A stretch of DNA of 64,000 bases from Cyanobacteria bacterium P01_D01_bin.156 (lineage in GTDB: Bacteria > Cyanobacteriota > Cyanobacteriia > Phormidesmidales > Phormidesmidaceae): contig JBCCQQ010000027.1 of assembly GCA_039024555.1 (NCBI GenBank), forward strand, positions 1 to 64,000, in the 5' to 3' direction. Each line of letters begins with the position of its first letter. Position 1 is the first letter of the stretch. Positions 1 through 12,063 of this stretch are shown piece after piece. The notes beneath the pieces are model-generated. The model was not told where the DNA came from, searched no databases, and was given only the letters and a program-made list of their open reading frames with translations. Both the position numbers and the translations under genes were made by a program.

Positions 1-129
1 CAAAAAGGCGCAGGGGAACAACAGCAGACCAGACCAGCCAACGAAGACAAATCTATCGCGCTTCAGCCAGTCATCGACGACGTCGAAGACGCCTCGATTG
101 GCTCCAGCACGGCCCATTGCAATGGTCAT
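1..129 (-). CDS. psbD: Photosystem II D2 protein, 5' end only (runs off the left edge)
   Basis: Not in the ORF track. Manual translation of the reverse strand from ATG at 129 gives [43 protein letters not shown], the D2 N-terminus; a GAGG RBS lies upstream. Confidence 0.97.
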   Translation of the reverse strand, partial: MTIAMGRAGANRGVFDVVDDWLKRDRFVFVGWSGLLLFPCAFL

Positions 130-522
130 CTCAAATCCTCTAGCGTAATTTTTACGGTAATACGGATAAGGTTCTACCAGTACCGAGCGAGTAAGAGCAT
201 GGGGTAAATAAATATGTAATCCGCTAAGCGGAATAATGCCTTTGCCTTAATTCGTCTCGTTTATGAGTAGAAATTTACTTATCTTTACCATTTGTCTCAT
301 TATAGGGGGATATTTCTGAAAGGCTACTGCTATTTTGACAAGTGCTGGTTTCTTTTAAGATTCTTAGCCGTGGCCATAGTGTCCATATCTGACAGGGATG
401 AAAGTATCCAAACTAGATCGTTTCATCCTGAAGAGAATGGGGAACTCAGTTATCGTCCAACGTACTTGGCTCATTTTTGACATACTAGAGACCGGACTTC
501 TGAGATAGATACTTTTTTACCT

Positions 523-795
523 ATGTATATAGTTGAGCTTTTGATGAAACACACAGCACTACCAATGTCTATTCAAAAGAAAACATTGGAAGCTGCTGAT
601 GAAGCTTACGCTACCGTGCTAAATGCATTGAAAACTGGTCAGCCTGTGATTTTGGAGTTGACCTGCGACAAACAGGAAGGGAAAAAGTTATCCGTGCTCG
701 TAAGTGAGATAGCCGCAGTACAGGTTTATGAGAAATCTGGCGGTACTTCATCTTCGGGTAAGGCAGCGGGCTTTTTTGCAATGGCCAATGATTAG
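523..795 (+). CDS. Small hypothetical protein (90 aa), first gene of a probable operon with an ABC ATPase and an NYN protein
   Basis: ORF with ATG start and protein-like composition, 21 bp upstream of the next gene. Confidence 0.75.
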   Translation: MYIVELLMKHTALPMSIQKKTLEAADEAYATVLNALKTGQPVILELTCDKQEGKKLSVLVSEIAAVQVYEKSGGTSSSGKAAGFFAMAND

Positions 796-816
796 TCTGG
801 AATTTAGCTCAATAAG

Positions 817-1494
817 ATGATGCACTCGCCTTATGCGATCGCAATTAATGATTTGCACTTTAGTTGGGACTCGGGTGCATCGGTCCTCGCCGGGTGTTCA
901 CTTGAGGTGCCATCTGGCGAGTTTTGTATGCTTTTGGGTACCAATGGCAGTGGAAAATCGACCCTGTTAAGGCTTTTAGCGGGGCTTTTGGATACGCCTA
1001 AAGGCACAATTCACTTAGATAAGCCAGTAGGATTTGTATTTCAGAATCCTGACCATCAGTTAGTGATGCCGACAGTGGGTGCAGATGTGGCTTTTGGCTT
1101 GGTGGATGAAGACTTAGCCTACGATGAGGTGCGCCAGCGAGTTGATGAGGCGTTGACCATGGTCAACTTACTACATCTAAAACGCAGGCCGATCTATGCC
1201 CTGAGCGGTGGTCAAAAACAGCGCGTGGCTATTGCTGGAGCTTTGGCGCAACACTGTCAGGTCCTTTTATTTGATGAACCCACGGCCCTACTAGACCCGG
1301 ATAGTCAGTTAGAGCTGGTGTCCCAGGTGAGGGACTTAGTAAAACGTCAGGGAATAACGGCATTGTGGGTTACCCATCGTTTAATGGAGTTAGATTATTG
1401 CGATCGCGCCATACTCCTTGAGCAAGGTCGAGTCACCACCCAAGGCTCCCCAGATGACGTTAAACAGGCCCTTAAACAATTGCACTTGGCCTGA
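817..1494 (+). CDS. ABC transporter ATP-binding protein, ECF/CbiO-type A component
   Basis: Walker A GTNGSGKST, CbiO-type Q-loop VFQNPDHQ, signature LSGGQKQR, Walker B LLFDEP, H-loop VTH. Confidence 0.9.
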   Translation: MMHSPYAIAINDLHFSWDSGASVLAGCSLEVPSGEFCMLLGTNGSGKSTLLRLLAGLLDTPKGTIHLDKPVGFVFQNPDHQLVMPTVGADVAFGLVDEDLAYDEVRQRVDEALTMVNLLHLKRRPIYALSGGQKQRVAIAGALAQHCQVLLFDEPTALLDPDSQLELVSQVRDLVKRQGITALWVTHRLMELDYCDRAILLEQGRVTTQGSPDDVKQALKQLHLA

Positions 1495-1591
1495 AGCAGA
1501 CACAAAAAAATCTCCCAATGCTGTTCACAAGTAGCAAAGATTAAGCTGGAAGCATCCTAGACTAGGATTATGCGTTACCCAAGCTCCAAAG

Positions 1592-2146
1592 ATGACCGCT
1601 TCTAAATCCCACCAGGCAATTCTACTCGTCGATGGGTACAACATTATTGGTGCTTGGCCAGACCTGACGGACTTACGAGATCACCACGGCCTAGATGTGG
1701 CCCGCAATAATCTAGCTGAAACCTTGGCCAACTATAGCGCCTATAGAGGGTTCGAAACTCTGCTAGTATTTGACGCCTACGGTCAACCTCAGGCCCATCA
1801 CCGAGAGGTTTTCACTCAGCATTTATCAATTCACTTCACCAGTTTTGGACAAACTGCCGATAGCTATATTGAGATTTCCTGCGCAAAATTTCGGAATGAT
1901 ATTCGTAAATTTGAGAAACGCCTGATTGTAGCGACCTCAGATCGTGCTCAGCAGCTGACCGTCGTTGGCTACGGTGCCGAATGGATGTCAGCTACCCAGC
2001 TGTCTGCAGACGTAAATTTATCCGTAAAAAAGGTTAAGCATCGCCAAAAACCAAACAGGCAATCTAAACAGAGATTTCTATCCAAATCTCTGAGCTCGGA
2101 AACTCAGGCAAAATTAGCCAAGCTACGATCTAATCTCATGGATTAG
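1592..2146 (+). CDS. NYN-domain ribonuclease, YacP/Rae1 family
   Basis: LLVDGYNII, LVFDA, TADSYIE and VATSD motifs. Confidence 0.88.
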   Translation: MTASKSHQAILLVDGYNIIGAWPDLTDLRDHHGLDVARNNLAETLANYSAYRGFETLLVFDAYGQPQAHHREVFTQHLSIHFTSFGQTADSYIEISCAKFRNDIRKFEKRLIVATSDRAQQLTVVGYGAEWMSATQLSADVNLSVKKVKHRQKPNRQSKQRFLSKSLSSETQAKLAKLRSNLMD

Positions 2147-2221
2147 CAAAGCAATTCATGACCATTCAAAATCAGCTATGTAGGCCACCCAAAATTTTCT
2201 CAGGAAAAATCAAAAATACAC

Positions 2222-2253
2222 TTGCGTAACTGTCCTACAATTACCTATATTAT
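2222..2253 (+). promoter_or_regulatory. Probable sigma70-type promoter of tRNA-Asn
   Basis: TTGCGT at 2222-2227 and TATATT/TATTAT at 2246-2253, just upstream of the tRNA. Confidence 0.5.
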
Positions 2254-2266
2254 TAAAGCTGCATAT

Positions 2267-2338
2267 TCCTCAGTAGCTCAGTGGTAGAGCGGTCGACTGT
2301 TAATCGATTGGTCGTAGGTTCGAATCCTACCTGGGGAG
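2267..2338 (+). tRNA. trnN: tRNA-Asn (anticodon GTT), CCA not encoded
   Basis: TCCTCAG/CTGGGGA acceptor stem, D arm AGCTCAGTGGTAGAGC, anticodon arm GTCGA-CTGTTAA-TCGAT, T arm GTAGGTTCGAATCCTAC. Confidence 0.97.
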
Positions 2339-2673
2339 TTGATGAAAAATGTTGATATAGCCTTTGGTCTCTAATGCCGTTCATGTATTGGAATGGCTAA
2401 TGGAGACATGGGCTTAGTCTGATTGCTGTGGCTATATTAAATCTTTGCAAAAATGGGTTAATCCATTGCAGTAAGCCTATTTCCCCATTGATAGAAGCCT
2501 ATGTAAAGTGAATTAAACCTTAAGGTATCATTCCGTAACTGAATGTAGCGATAATATAGATTTGGGATAAATTTTGTCTCCCATTTTAATACTTCTTATT
2601 TTGAGAGGCAGTTTAGAAAAACTTTTTGGGTTTCTCGGTTTAATTCCCACATAGCAAACTCTTTCTTTTTAAG

Positions 2674-3408
2674 ATGCCTCGTATACTTGTCATCGACGAC
2701 GATCCAGCTATTTCAGAACTGGTAGCAGTCAACCTAGAAATGGCTGGATATGACGTTAGTCAGGCTGAGGATGGTGTAAAAGGTCAAGCGCTAGCTGTGC
2801 AGCTTCTCCCCGACCTCATCATGCTTGATCTAATGCTTCCTAAGGTGGACGGCCTCACCGTTTGCCAACGTGTTCGCCGGGATGAGCGAACAGCTGATAT
2901 CCCAGTATTGATGCTGACTGCTTTGGGGCAAACCCAAGATAAGGTAGATGGCTTTAATGCTGGCGCTGATGATTACCTGACTAAGCCGTTTGAGCTAGAG
3001 GAAATGCTAGCTCGTGTACGTGCCCTGCTACGTCGAACCGATCGCATCCCTCAGGCTGCAAAGCATAGTGAAATTTTGAACTATGGGCCTTTAACACTTG
3101 TCCCTGAACGATTTGAAGCGATTTGGTTTGAACGTACAGTTAAGCTCACTCATTTAGAGTTTGAGTTACTGCATTGTTTGCTGCAGCGTCATGGTCAAAC
3201 TGTTGCACCCAGCGAAATTTTGAAAGAAGTTTGGGGTTACGATCCGAACGACGATATTGAAACCATTCGTGTTCATATTCGTCATTTGCGCACTAAGCTA
3301 GAGCCAGACCCCCGTCATCCAAAGTTTATTAAGACTGTTTACGGTGCTGGATACTGTTTAGAGTTACCCCAAGATGAGCAGGTCTTTTCTACTCGTGCGG
3401 CTAGCTAG
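2674..3408 (+). CDS. rpaA: OmpR-family response regulator RpaA (circadian output regulator)
   Basis: Receiver domain plus winged helix, with the RpaA-typical segments [33 protein letters not shown] and [27 protein letters not shown]. Confidence 0.93.
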   Translation: MPRILVIDDDPAISELVAVNLEMAGYDVSQAEDGVKGQALAVQLLPDLIMLDLMLPKVDGLTVCQRVRRDERTADIPVLMLTALGQTQDKVDGFNAGADDYLTKPFELEEMLARVRALLRRTDRIPQAAKHSEILNYGPLTLVPERFEAIWFERTVKLTHLEFELLHCLLQRHGQTVAPSEILKEVWGYDPNDDIETIRVHIRHLRTKLEPDPRHPKFIKTVYGAGYCLELPQDEQVFSTRAAS

Positions 3409-3513
3409 AGTGTTGTTAGATTAAGCGAGCATTTAGGGAGAAGACGGTTCAGTGTTTGGTTTAACTAAGTGGCTGTATGTAAGGAAATACAGCATTGCAT
3501 CACCGTTTTTAAG

Positions 3514-3549
3514 TGAAAAAGGAGGCCATTGTGTGGCCTCCTTTTTTCA
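3514..3549. terminator. Bidirectional intrinsic terminator between convergent rpaA and chlP
   Basis: TGAAAAAGGAGGCCA-ttgtg-TGGCCTCCTTTTTTCA: a GC stem with A and T tracts on either side. Confidence 0.85.
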
Positions 3550-3722
3550 TTATCACCAGACCCAGCCCCCCGGCTACAGGCTTCCAGTAACTACTTGGCT
3601 ACGACTTCTACTGTAAAACCGGCGTTACAGAACACATGACCGCACTTTAGATAGATGACAAACTATGGGTTGTACAAACTGATGAATCGGTTTGCTAGAC
3701 GACACCAGGAGTATGAATCACA

Positions 3723-3786
3723 ACTGTTAAATATAAAATCCCGTCAGGAAGAAGCTTTTTCCTGACGGGATTTTATATTTAACAGT
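3723..3786. terminator. 28-bp perfect inverted repeat just downstream of chlP (terminator or stabilising hairpin)
   Basis: ACTGTTAAATATAAAATCCCGTCAGGAA-gaagcttt-TTCCTGACGGGATTTTATATTTAACAGT. Confidence 0.8.
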
Positions 3787-3802
3787 AGTAGCCGTTTAGT
3801 AA

Positions 3803-5059
3803 TTACTTGGTTACGGCTTCTACGGGATAGTAGTCAGCGGGTGCCAAAGCGTTACCACGAATCAGACTACCAATTGTTTTAGCAGTAATTTTCATCTGGG
3901 TAATGGGATTAGCAGGCACAACAGTCTTATAGAGGTAACTGTCAAATGTCAGCTTCTGCACATCCATGTCGGCACACATTTCTACAAATGCTTCACGAGT
4001 CGCATCGGAGCGATAGAACACACGCTGAAGAATATCTAGCACCAGGTAAGTAGTTCCATACTGCTTATCCCAACGCTTGATATACGTCTTGAGTTCTGCC
4101 TCAGTCAAGGCGCGCTCACCACTGTTGGATAGTTCAACAATAGTCTCTGCACACATACGACCAGACTTGGCAGCGAAGTAGATTCCTTCACCGGAAGACT
4201 TAGTCACAGTACCAGCAGCATCGCCAACAAGAGCCACACGACCAACGACACGCCGAGGTCTAGGATGCTCTGGGATAGGATGGGCTTCTACTTTAATAAT
4301 CTCACCACCCTCAAGACGCTTAGCAGCTCGCTCACGGATACCCTTTTGAAGCTGCTTAATTTTGGCCTGATTTACACGCATGGTGCCGGTACCAACAGCC
4401 ACGTGATCGTACTTGGGGAAAACCCAAGCATAGAAATCGGGCGAAACATCATCACCCACATACATTTCTGCAAGCTCTTCGTAATAGCCCATTTTGTCTT
4501 CAGGCAAACGAATACGCTCTTGGAATGCGATCGCATAGTTGTAATCGCCTGCATCAATAGCACGAGCAACACGGGAATTAGCACCATCGGCACCAATCAC
4601 CATATCTACCTGAAGCGTCTTAGCATCACCCTGCAAAGTACCGTTTGAGTGATCGGCATAGTGCAACGTGTAGGGTTCCTTATCGTTACCGGGAATCTCT
4701 AGCTTATGTACAGTGCCATTGATCACTTTTGTGCCCAGCTTCTCAGCCCGCTCACGCAGAAAACCATCTAACACTTCACGACGACACATACCAATGTACT
4801 CGTCATCCTTGAGAGTACTACCGATATTTACCTCAATGTTGGAAGGAGAGATCATCTTCATCTTGCGCACTCGGCGATCAATGATCTCGGGTGGCAAGTC
4901 GAACTCATCCACCATACATAGCGGAATCGCACCACCACAGGGCTTAGCGTTATCTAACTTGCGCTCAAATAAGTAAGTTTCAATACCTGCTTTTACAAGC
5001 GTCTCAGCAGCAGAAGAACCTGCTGGACCGCCTCCAACAACCGCAACCCGAAGTGCCAA
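3803..5059 (-). CDS. chlP: Geranylgeranyl reductase
   Basis: FAD motif VVGGGPAG, KPCGGAIP, IGADGANS and LVGDAAG; TTG start with a GGAG RBS. Confidence 0.96.
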   Translation of the reverse strand: MALRVAVVGGGPAGSSAAETLVKAGIETYLFERKLDNAKPCGGAIPLCMVDEFDLPPEIIDRRVRKMKMISPSNIEVNIGSTLKDDEYIGMCRREVLDGFLRERAEKLGTKVINGTVHKLEIPGNDKEPYTLHYADHSNGTLQGDAKTLQVDMVIGADGANSRVARAIDAGDYNYAIAFQERIRLPEDKMGYYEELAEMYVGDDVSPDFYAWVFPKYDHVAVGTGTMRVNQAKIKQLQKGIRERAAKRLEGGEIIKVEAHPIPEHPRPRRVVGRVALVGDAAGTVTKSSGEGIYFAAKSGRMCAETIVELSNSGERALTEAELKTYIKRWDKQYGTTYLVLDILQRVFYRSDATREAFVEMCADMDVQKLTFDSYLYKTVVPANPITQMKITAKTIGSLIRGNALAPADYYPVEAVTK

Positions 5060-5718
5060 GGTTTTTCTCCAAATCGATTAAAAGCTATGGTTCGTATGCT
5101 ATCACGCAGATTTAAGCTGTTGAGTCACACTCTCTTGGATGTAACAAAAATGAAACAAGACGCCGCCACTCATTTTTGCATTGACTAACGAGCAATAAAG
5201 CATCGGCCAAAAAGCTGAAGATTAAATCTAGATACATCAGCCAAAAAGCTTAAAAATAAAGAGAATTCATCTAATAACAGCAGGCTAGCCGATGATAATG
5301 GGGATTAATGCCTAATTTTTTGAGATTTTTCCATCACTCAGTTGCTAATTAATAGTGATGTAACGTTTCGAAAAGTAGATTTCTCATTTATATTCTAATA
5401 ACGCGTCTAAATAGATAGATGTCTATACAAATTTAACTTGATTAATTACTAAATCAAGTCGATGACTGGGGGATTGTTCTTAAAAGATAAAAATCTCCCC
5501 GGGTAGGATCTGGTTGCGAAAATTAGGGCATAACTCTCGTCACTATTTATCGCCCAACAAGTTAGTAAGACTACGTTAACAACCTCAAGTTAGCTCACCT
5601 AGTCGTCACTTATCTTCCCCAAAACTTCTCATGAATTAAGGCTATTGCATCTTCTGCAGATTATGTAGGAAGTGTAAATCAGCCTCTAAAAAAGTGTGTT
5701 CCCTCAAAGGCCCTATCG

Positions 5719-6714
5719 ATGTATCAGATTAATAAACGGCAGGTAACTGACCATCAGCTACCCGCTGCTACCACAGCCCAATTGGCCCAGCTTTGGGCCA
5801 AACGATATGTAAATTCTGTTGAGGGCTATGGTGTTGAAGTAGACGACACAAATTTAGAAACCCGTCCAGCCGTTGTTGAGCGGCTCACATCAGAATTACG
5901 GTCTGCTAGCGCTAAGGCGTGGAATTTAACAGAATCGTTACTAGCTGAAGAGGTTAAAAGACATCGCATTAACGCCACACTCATTGACCCATGGAGCGTA
6001 TCCAGAGATGTTCATAGGGTTTACACCAAGGCTCTAGCAGCCTATGCAGCTCACATTCCCCCTCAACAACTATCGGTCAAAATCTCAGCTGGCTTAGGCA
6101 TCATCAGAAAGCGCTACACCTCTGGTGATCCTCGTTTGATTGGTTTTGTCAGCATGCAATTCCATCACTGTGGCCAAATCCTGATCGAAGCTGCTCCCGA
6201 ATCTGAGCGTGAGGCTCTAGCTGCACATTTCAAGGTAATTGACGATCATCTATATATGCCATTACAGCGAGCCTATGATGCAGCTGCCAGATATACCTAT
6301 GGCGATCAGCGCCTAAAAGTTGTGCAATCACTTTTGCCCTACAGTACGGAAATTGCGAACAACATTGTGGATCGGGTTAATCAGCTATACCCGAACTATC
6401 GCTGCTATACAGATACATTAAGTAGCGATGTGGTGCGAGTGTCTAGCGTACGTGACACAGAAATGTTCCAAATTTATCTACTGACCTGTGTACTAGAACA
6501 AAGTCTGGCCTCTATTCAGCAAGAGCTTTTCCCGCTGTGTGTCATGCTCTATCCAACATTAAAGGTCAATTGGGAACTCGTTCGACAGATGTTGCATTTA
6601 CTGGGTCGTGAATTCAGACAGTTTGTTACGCCAGCGCAGATACAACATTATGAACCTTATCATCAGGCGCTTTGGGAAATGTTTGCACCTAGCGTTTTTC
6701 CAGACATCATCTAA
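5719..6714 (+). CDS. Hypothetical protein (331 aa) with a probable phycobiliprotein-like globin-fold C-terminal domain
   Basis: Clear long ORF. Residues ~195-322 align by eye without gaps to allophycocyanin alpha (see findings). The fold call is inference. Confidence 0.65.
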   Translation: MYQINKRQVTDHQLPAATTAQLAQLWAKRYVNSVEGYGVEVDDTNLETRPAVVERLTSELRSASAKAWNLTESLLAEEVKRHRINATLIDPWSVSRDVHRVYTKALAAYAAHIPPQQLSVKISAGLGIIRKRYTSGDPRLIGFVSMQFHHCGQILIEAAPESEREALAAHFKVIDDHLYMPLQRAYDAAARYTYGDQRLKVVQSLLPYSTEIANNIVDRVNQLYPNYRCYTDTLSSDVVRVSSVRDTEMFQIYLLTCVLEQSLASIQQELFPLCVMLYPTLKVNWELVRQMLHLLGREFRQFVTPAQIQHYEPYHQALWEMFAPSVFPDII

Positions 6715-6744
6715 CGATGAATAAACGTATAGCCCAGAAACAGG

Positions 6745-7959
6745 CTATTCCTGAAATGCCTGTTTCTGCATTTGTAGATAGAGCAACCCTAAAATTAGCC
6801 CCCCACCCAAGGTGCTAACCATTAACCATAGCCAAAATTGATGGCCTGCCCCGCGGTCTAACATCCACCCTCCCAAAGGTGGACCTATCAAATAGCCGAC
6901 CGCCCAACACATGGAGTTCACTGACAGATAGACTCCTCGCAATTCGGTGGGGGCAATTTTGACAACCAGTGCTGAGGCAATTGGCGTGTAAGCAACCGTG
7001 CCTAGGGCCATGGCTGTCAACCCAATAAATACAAACACTGACGGAGTGATCAGTTGCTGCCCCACTAGCCATGTGCTTAAAAAAGTGATTGCCCAAAAGC
7101 TTAAGGCAATCATCAAGGCGTGAGGTTGGGAAAACCGTCCTAACCATTGAGCCATAGGCAGTTGGCTCAGGGCAGTGAGGACAATGGCCCAGGTAAACAC
7201 ACCCCCTACTGCGGCGTGGCTATCAAGGCTGGTAAAACGATTGAGATATAGGGGTAACGTGCTTTGCGACTGGGAAAGATACAAGGTAAAAAGGCAATTG
7301 ACAATGACATAGATTTGTAGGGTGCGATCGCTGATTGCCACCTGCCAACTTTGCCAAAACCCTGGAGAACTGTGGGTTGTTTTGAGAGTCTCCTGAATGG
7401 CAACCGCAACAATGGCATAAAACAGCAAGAATGTTAGTCCATCGAGGGCAAATAACAACCGATATGCCTGAAATGCGGAAATCAGCACACCGCCTAGAAT
7501 CACACCGGCACTCAGTCCCAAACTATCCGCCAAGCGAACAATGGCATAAGCCTCACTACGGCTCTTCTCATTAGTGAGATCGGCCACGACTGCTTCCGTA
7601 GCAGGCCAATACAGACCGACGCCCAGTCCCATTAACAGATTGGCCAAGACAAAACTTGGAAAATCTTGGGTAATCACAAAACAACCATCAGCAACCGCTG
7701 AAATGGCCGCAGAAATAAGCAATATACGCCGCCTACCCCAGCGAGGAGAATCGGCCATGGAGCCCCCCGCAAAACGACCCACCATGCCTGAAATAGACTG
7801 ACTCCCTAAGCCCAAACCTATGGCCGTAGCCGATAGCCCAACATCATCGGCAAAAAAAAGCGGTGCGTAGAACAGGGTAAAGCCAATGCCTAACTGGGAT
7901 AACAAACGCCCAAAGGCCAAAATCCAAAGGCGAATATCGAGTCGAGGGAATAGATGCAC
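6745..7959 (-). CDS. MFS transporter
   Basis: About 12 hydrophobic segments and an MFS motif A-like GSMADSPRWGRRR. Confidence 0.9.
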   Translation of the reverse strand: MHLFPRLDIRLWILAFGRLLSQLGIGFTLFYAPLFFADDVGLSATAIGLGLGSQSISGMVGRFAGGSMADSPRWGRRRILLISAAISAVADGCFVITQDFPSFVLANLLMGLGVGLYWPATEAVVADLTNEKSRSEAYAIVRLADSLGLSAGVILGGVLISAFQAYRLLFALDGLTFLLFYAIVAVAIQETLKTTHSSPGFWQSWQVAISDRTLQIYVIVNCLFTLYLSQSQSTLPLYLNRFTSLDSHAAVGGVFTWAIVLTALSQLPMAQWLGRFSQPHALMIALSFWAITFLSTWLVGQQLITPSVFVFIGLTAMALGTVAYTPIASALVVKIAPTELRGVYLSVNSMCWAVGYLIGPPLGGWMLDRGAGHQFWLWLMVSTLGGGLILGLLYLQMQKQAFQE

Positions 7960-8014
7960 AGGGAGTTACAGGTGTAAACTTAACTGTCTTATCTCAGGAT
8001 ACGGTGACTGTTAG

Positions 8015-10111
<2,097 letters not shown>

Positions 10112-10175
10112 GGACTTTGCCTAAGGCTGTGGCCTTCAAGTTTCCTCCAACAACGGTTTTCTCTGCGGAAAAAGC

Positions 10176-11990
10176 ATGGTCTTAGCTGTGGCTAGCGTTA
10201 AGTCTTTCCTGACTGCACATCCAAGGTTAGTTATGAAACGAGTGTGTTTATCAAATGCGATCGCATTTGCCCAGCGTCTTACCCTAGGCTTGGGAGCTAT
10301 GTTGGCAACGGCACTACCCGTAACAGCCGCAGATAGAATTATCTTTTCCTTTGGGCCGGTGGAACGCTCCATTGAGCTAGCAGACCTAGAACGCTTGGCC
10401 ACAGACGGAGAACTCAGTGACGACTTAGCCTACTATGCGCAATTTTTACCCGATAACTACGACATTAATGAAATCAGAGAAGCCCTGACCTGGCGTGTAG
10501 AACAAGACATCGACACTATCGATGTGGATGTGGTGTTATTAGATCGATTTTTCTACACCAAACAGGGCGAATATTTGCTCAATATCGCAGCAGATTTTAT
10601 TCGTACGGAGGCAGGGCGCAGCGACTTACGGGCATTACGTGGCGCAATGTTAGTATCTGTTGCAGATCCCCACCAGGGACTAACGTTACTCAATGCCGTG
10701 CGGAATTTTCCCACCCCCGCCATGCGGATCAAACTGGATCGAGGCCTAGCACTACTGCAGGAAATTAATCGTGCCGTTTATGAAACAGAAGCCTCCATCG
10801 AACTGTTAGAAAGCATTGGTGCGCCCAACCGCGAGCTACCCCCTGAACAACAGACCCAGCTCCAAACCCTTGCAGATCAAGCCCGTAATCCAGGCATTTA
10901 CCAAGTACAGCAGCAGACATTATCTAGAAATGCGCCGATTCTAGGGAACGTTTACATTCCCACACTCCAAGGACGGGCTCAACCCAACCGCCCCACGGTA
11001 ATTATTTCCCATGGATTAGGCAGCGATCGCAGTTCCTATGCATACTTAGGAGAACACCTGGCATCCCATGGTTTTCTGGTCATTACGGTGGAACATCCCG
11101 GCAGTAATGCAGAGCAGATCAATGCCTTATTGGTAGGACGCTCAGCAGATGTGGTCCCTAATGAGGAATTTCTGGATCGACCTCAACAAATTTCAGCGCT
11201 GCTGGACTATCTAGAAAATAACAATACAGCCTACAGCCGTTTAATTGATTTTTCTCAGATTGGGTTGCTGGGTCAGTCCTTTGGGGGCTATACAGCCCTG
11301 ACCCTGGCCGGTGCAGATATTGACTTCGAGGTGTTAGCTGCCAGCTGTCCTCCCAGCTCCCTATCCTTAAATGCATCACTGCTGCTGCAATGCCAAGCAG
11401 GCCAGCTAGCAAACCCTGAGCAAACCACATTATCTTTGCAAGATGAACGGGTAAAAGCTGCGATCGCCATCAATCCCATCACCAGTGTGCTATTTGGCCC
11501 CAAAAGTTTGGGGCAGATAACCACACCTACCATGATTGTCTCCAGTGGAGCGGATACCGTAGCACCAGCCCTGCAAGAACAACTGGTTCCCTTTACCTGG
11601 CTCACCCAACCCGAACGCTATCTATTACTCATGCGCCAGGGCACGCATTTTTCAACGATTGCGGAAACAGGTAGTGAAACTTTTGAACTCCCCGATGAGA
11701 TTCTTGGACCAGCCCCAGAGTTAGCCCAAAAATATCTCCAAGCTTCCAGCCTGGCCTTCTTAAACACGCATCTACAGGACGATAGTACCTACGAGCCATT
11801 ACTGACCGCCGATGGCATTAACCAGCTAAATCAACCCCCCATAAAGCTTACTCTGGTACAAACCCTAACGGGTCCATCTTTAGTAGATCAACTGGGAGCA
11901 CCGCCGCGTACCGCAACAGATGCGATTGTTTCACCTGAGCTCCCAGGTTTAGCAGACGTTCAGCCTACTGAGTTAGATAACACTCAGTAA
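10176..11990 (+). CDS. Alpha/beta hydrolase with a DUF1400-like N-terminal domain, probably exported
   Basis: Signal-like N-terminus, ISHGLGS, nucleophile elbow GQSFG and GTHFS His motif. Exact start uncertain. Confidence 0.85.
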   Translation: MVLAVASVKSFLTAHPRLVMKRVCLSNAIAFAQRLTLGLGAMLATALPVTAADRIIFSFGPVERSIELADLERLATDGELSDDLAYYAQFLPDNYDINEIREALTWRVEQDIDTIDVDVVLLDRFFYTKQGEYLLNIAADFIRTEAGRSDLRALRGAMLVSVADPHQGLTLLNAVRNFPTPAMRIKLDRGLALLQEINRAVYETEASIELLESIGAPNRELPPEQQTQLQTLADQARNPGIYQVQQQTLSRNAPILGNVYIPTLQGRAQPNRPTVIISHGLGSDRSSYAYLGEHLASHGFLVITVEHPGSNAEQINALLVGRSADVVPNEEFLDRPQQISALLDYLENNNTAYSRLIDFSQIGLLGQSFGGYTALTLAGADIDFEVLAASCPPSSLSLNASLLLQCQAGQLANPEQTTLSLQDERVKAAIAINPITSVLFGPKSLGQITTPTMIVSSGADTVAPALQEQLVPFTWLTQPERYLLLMRQGTHFSTIAETGSETFELPDEILGPAPELAQKYLQASSLAFLNTHLQDDSTYEPLLTADGINQLNQPPIKLTLVQTLTGPSLVDQLGAPPRTATDAIVSPELPGLADVQPTELDNTQ

Positions 11991-12063
11991 CACAAATTCA
12001 CAGTCCTTCCCATGAGCTGCCCTGATAGGATACGTCCTACCGACATTATTCCTACATGTATCT

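Noticed and set aside
292..480. 62-aa ORF upstream of the 90-aa gene
   Set aside because: TTG start, lies in the psbD divergent promoter region and shows no recognisable motif.
2267..2338. tRNA-Asn as an integration site
   Set aside because: No integrase and no duplicated tRNA 3' end found in the window.
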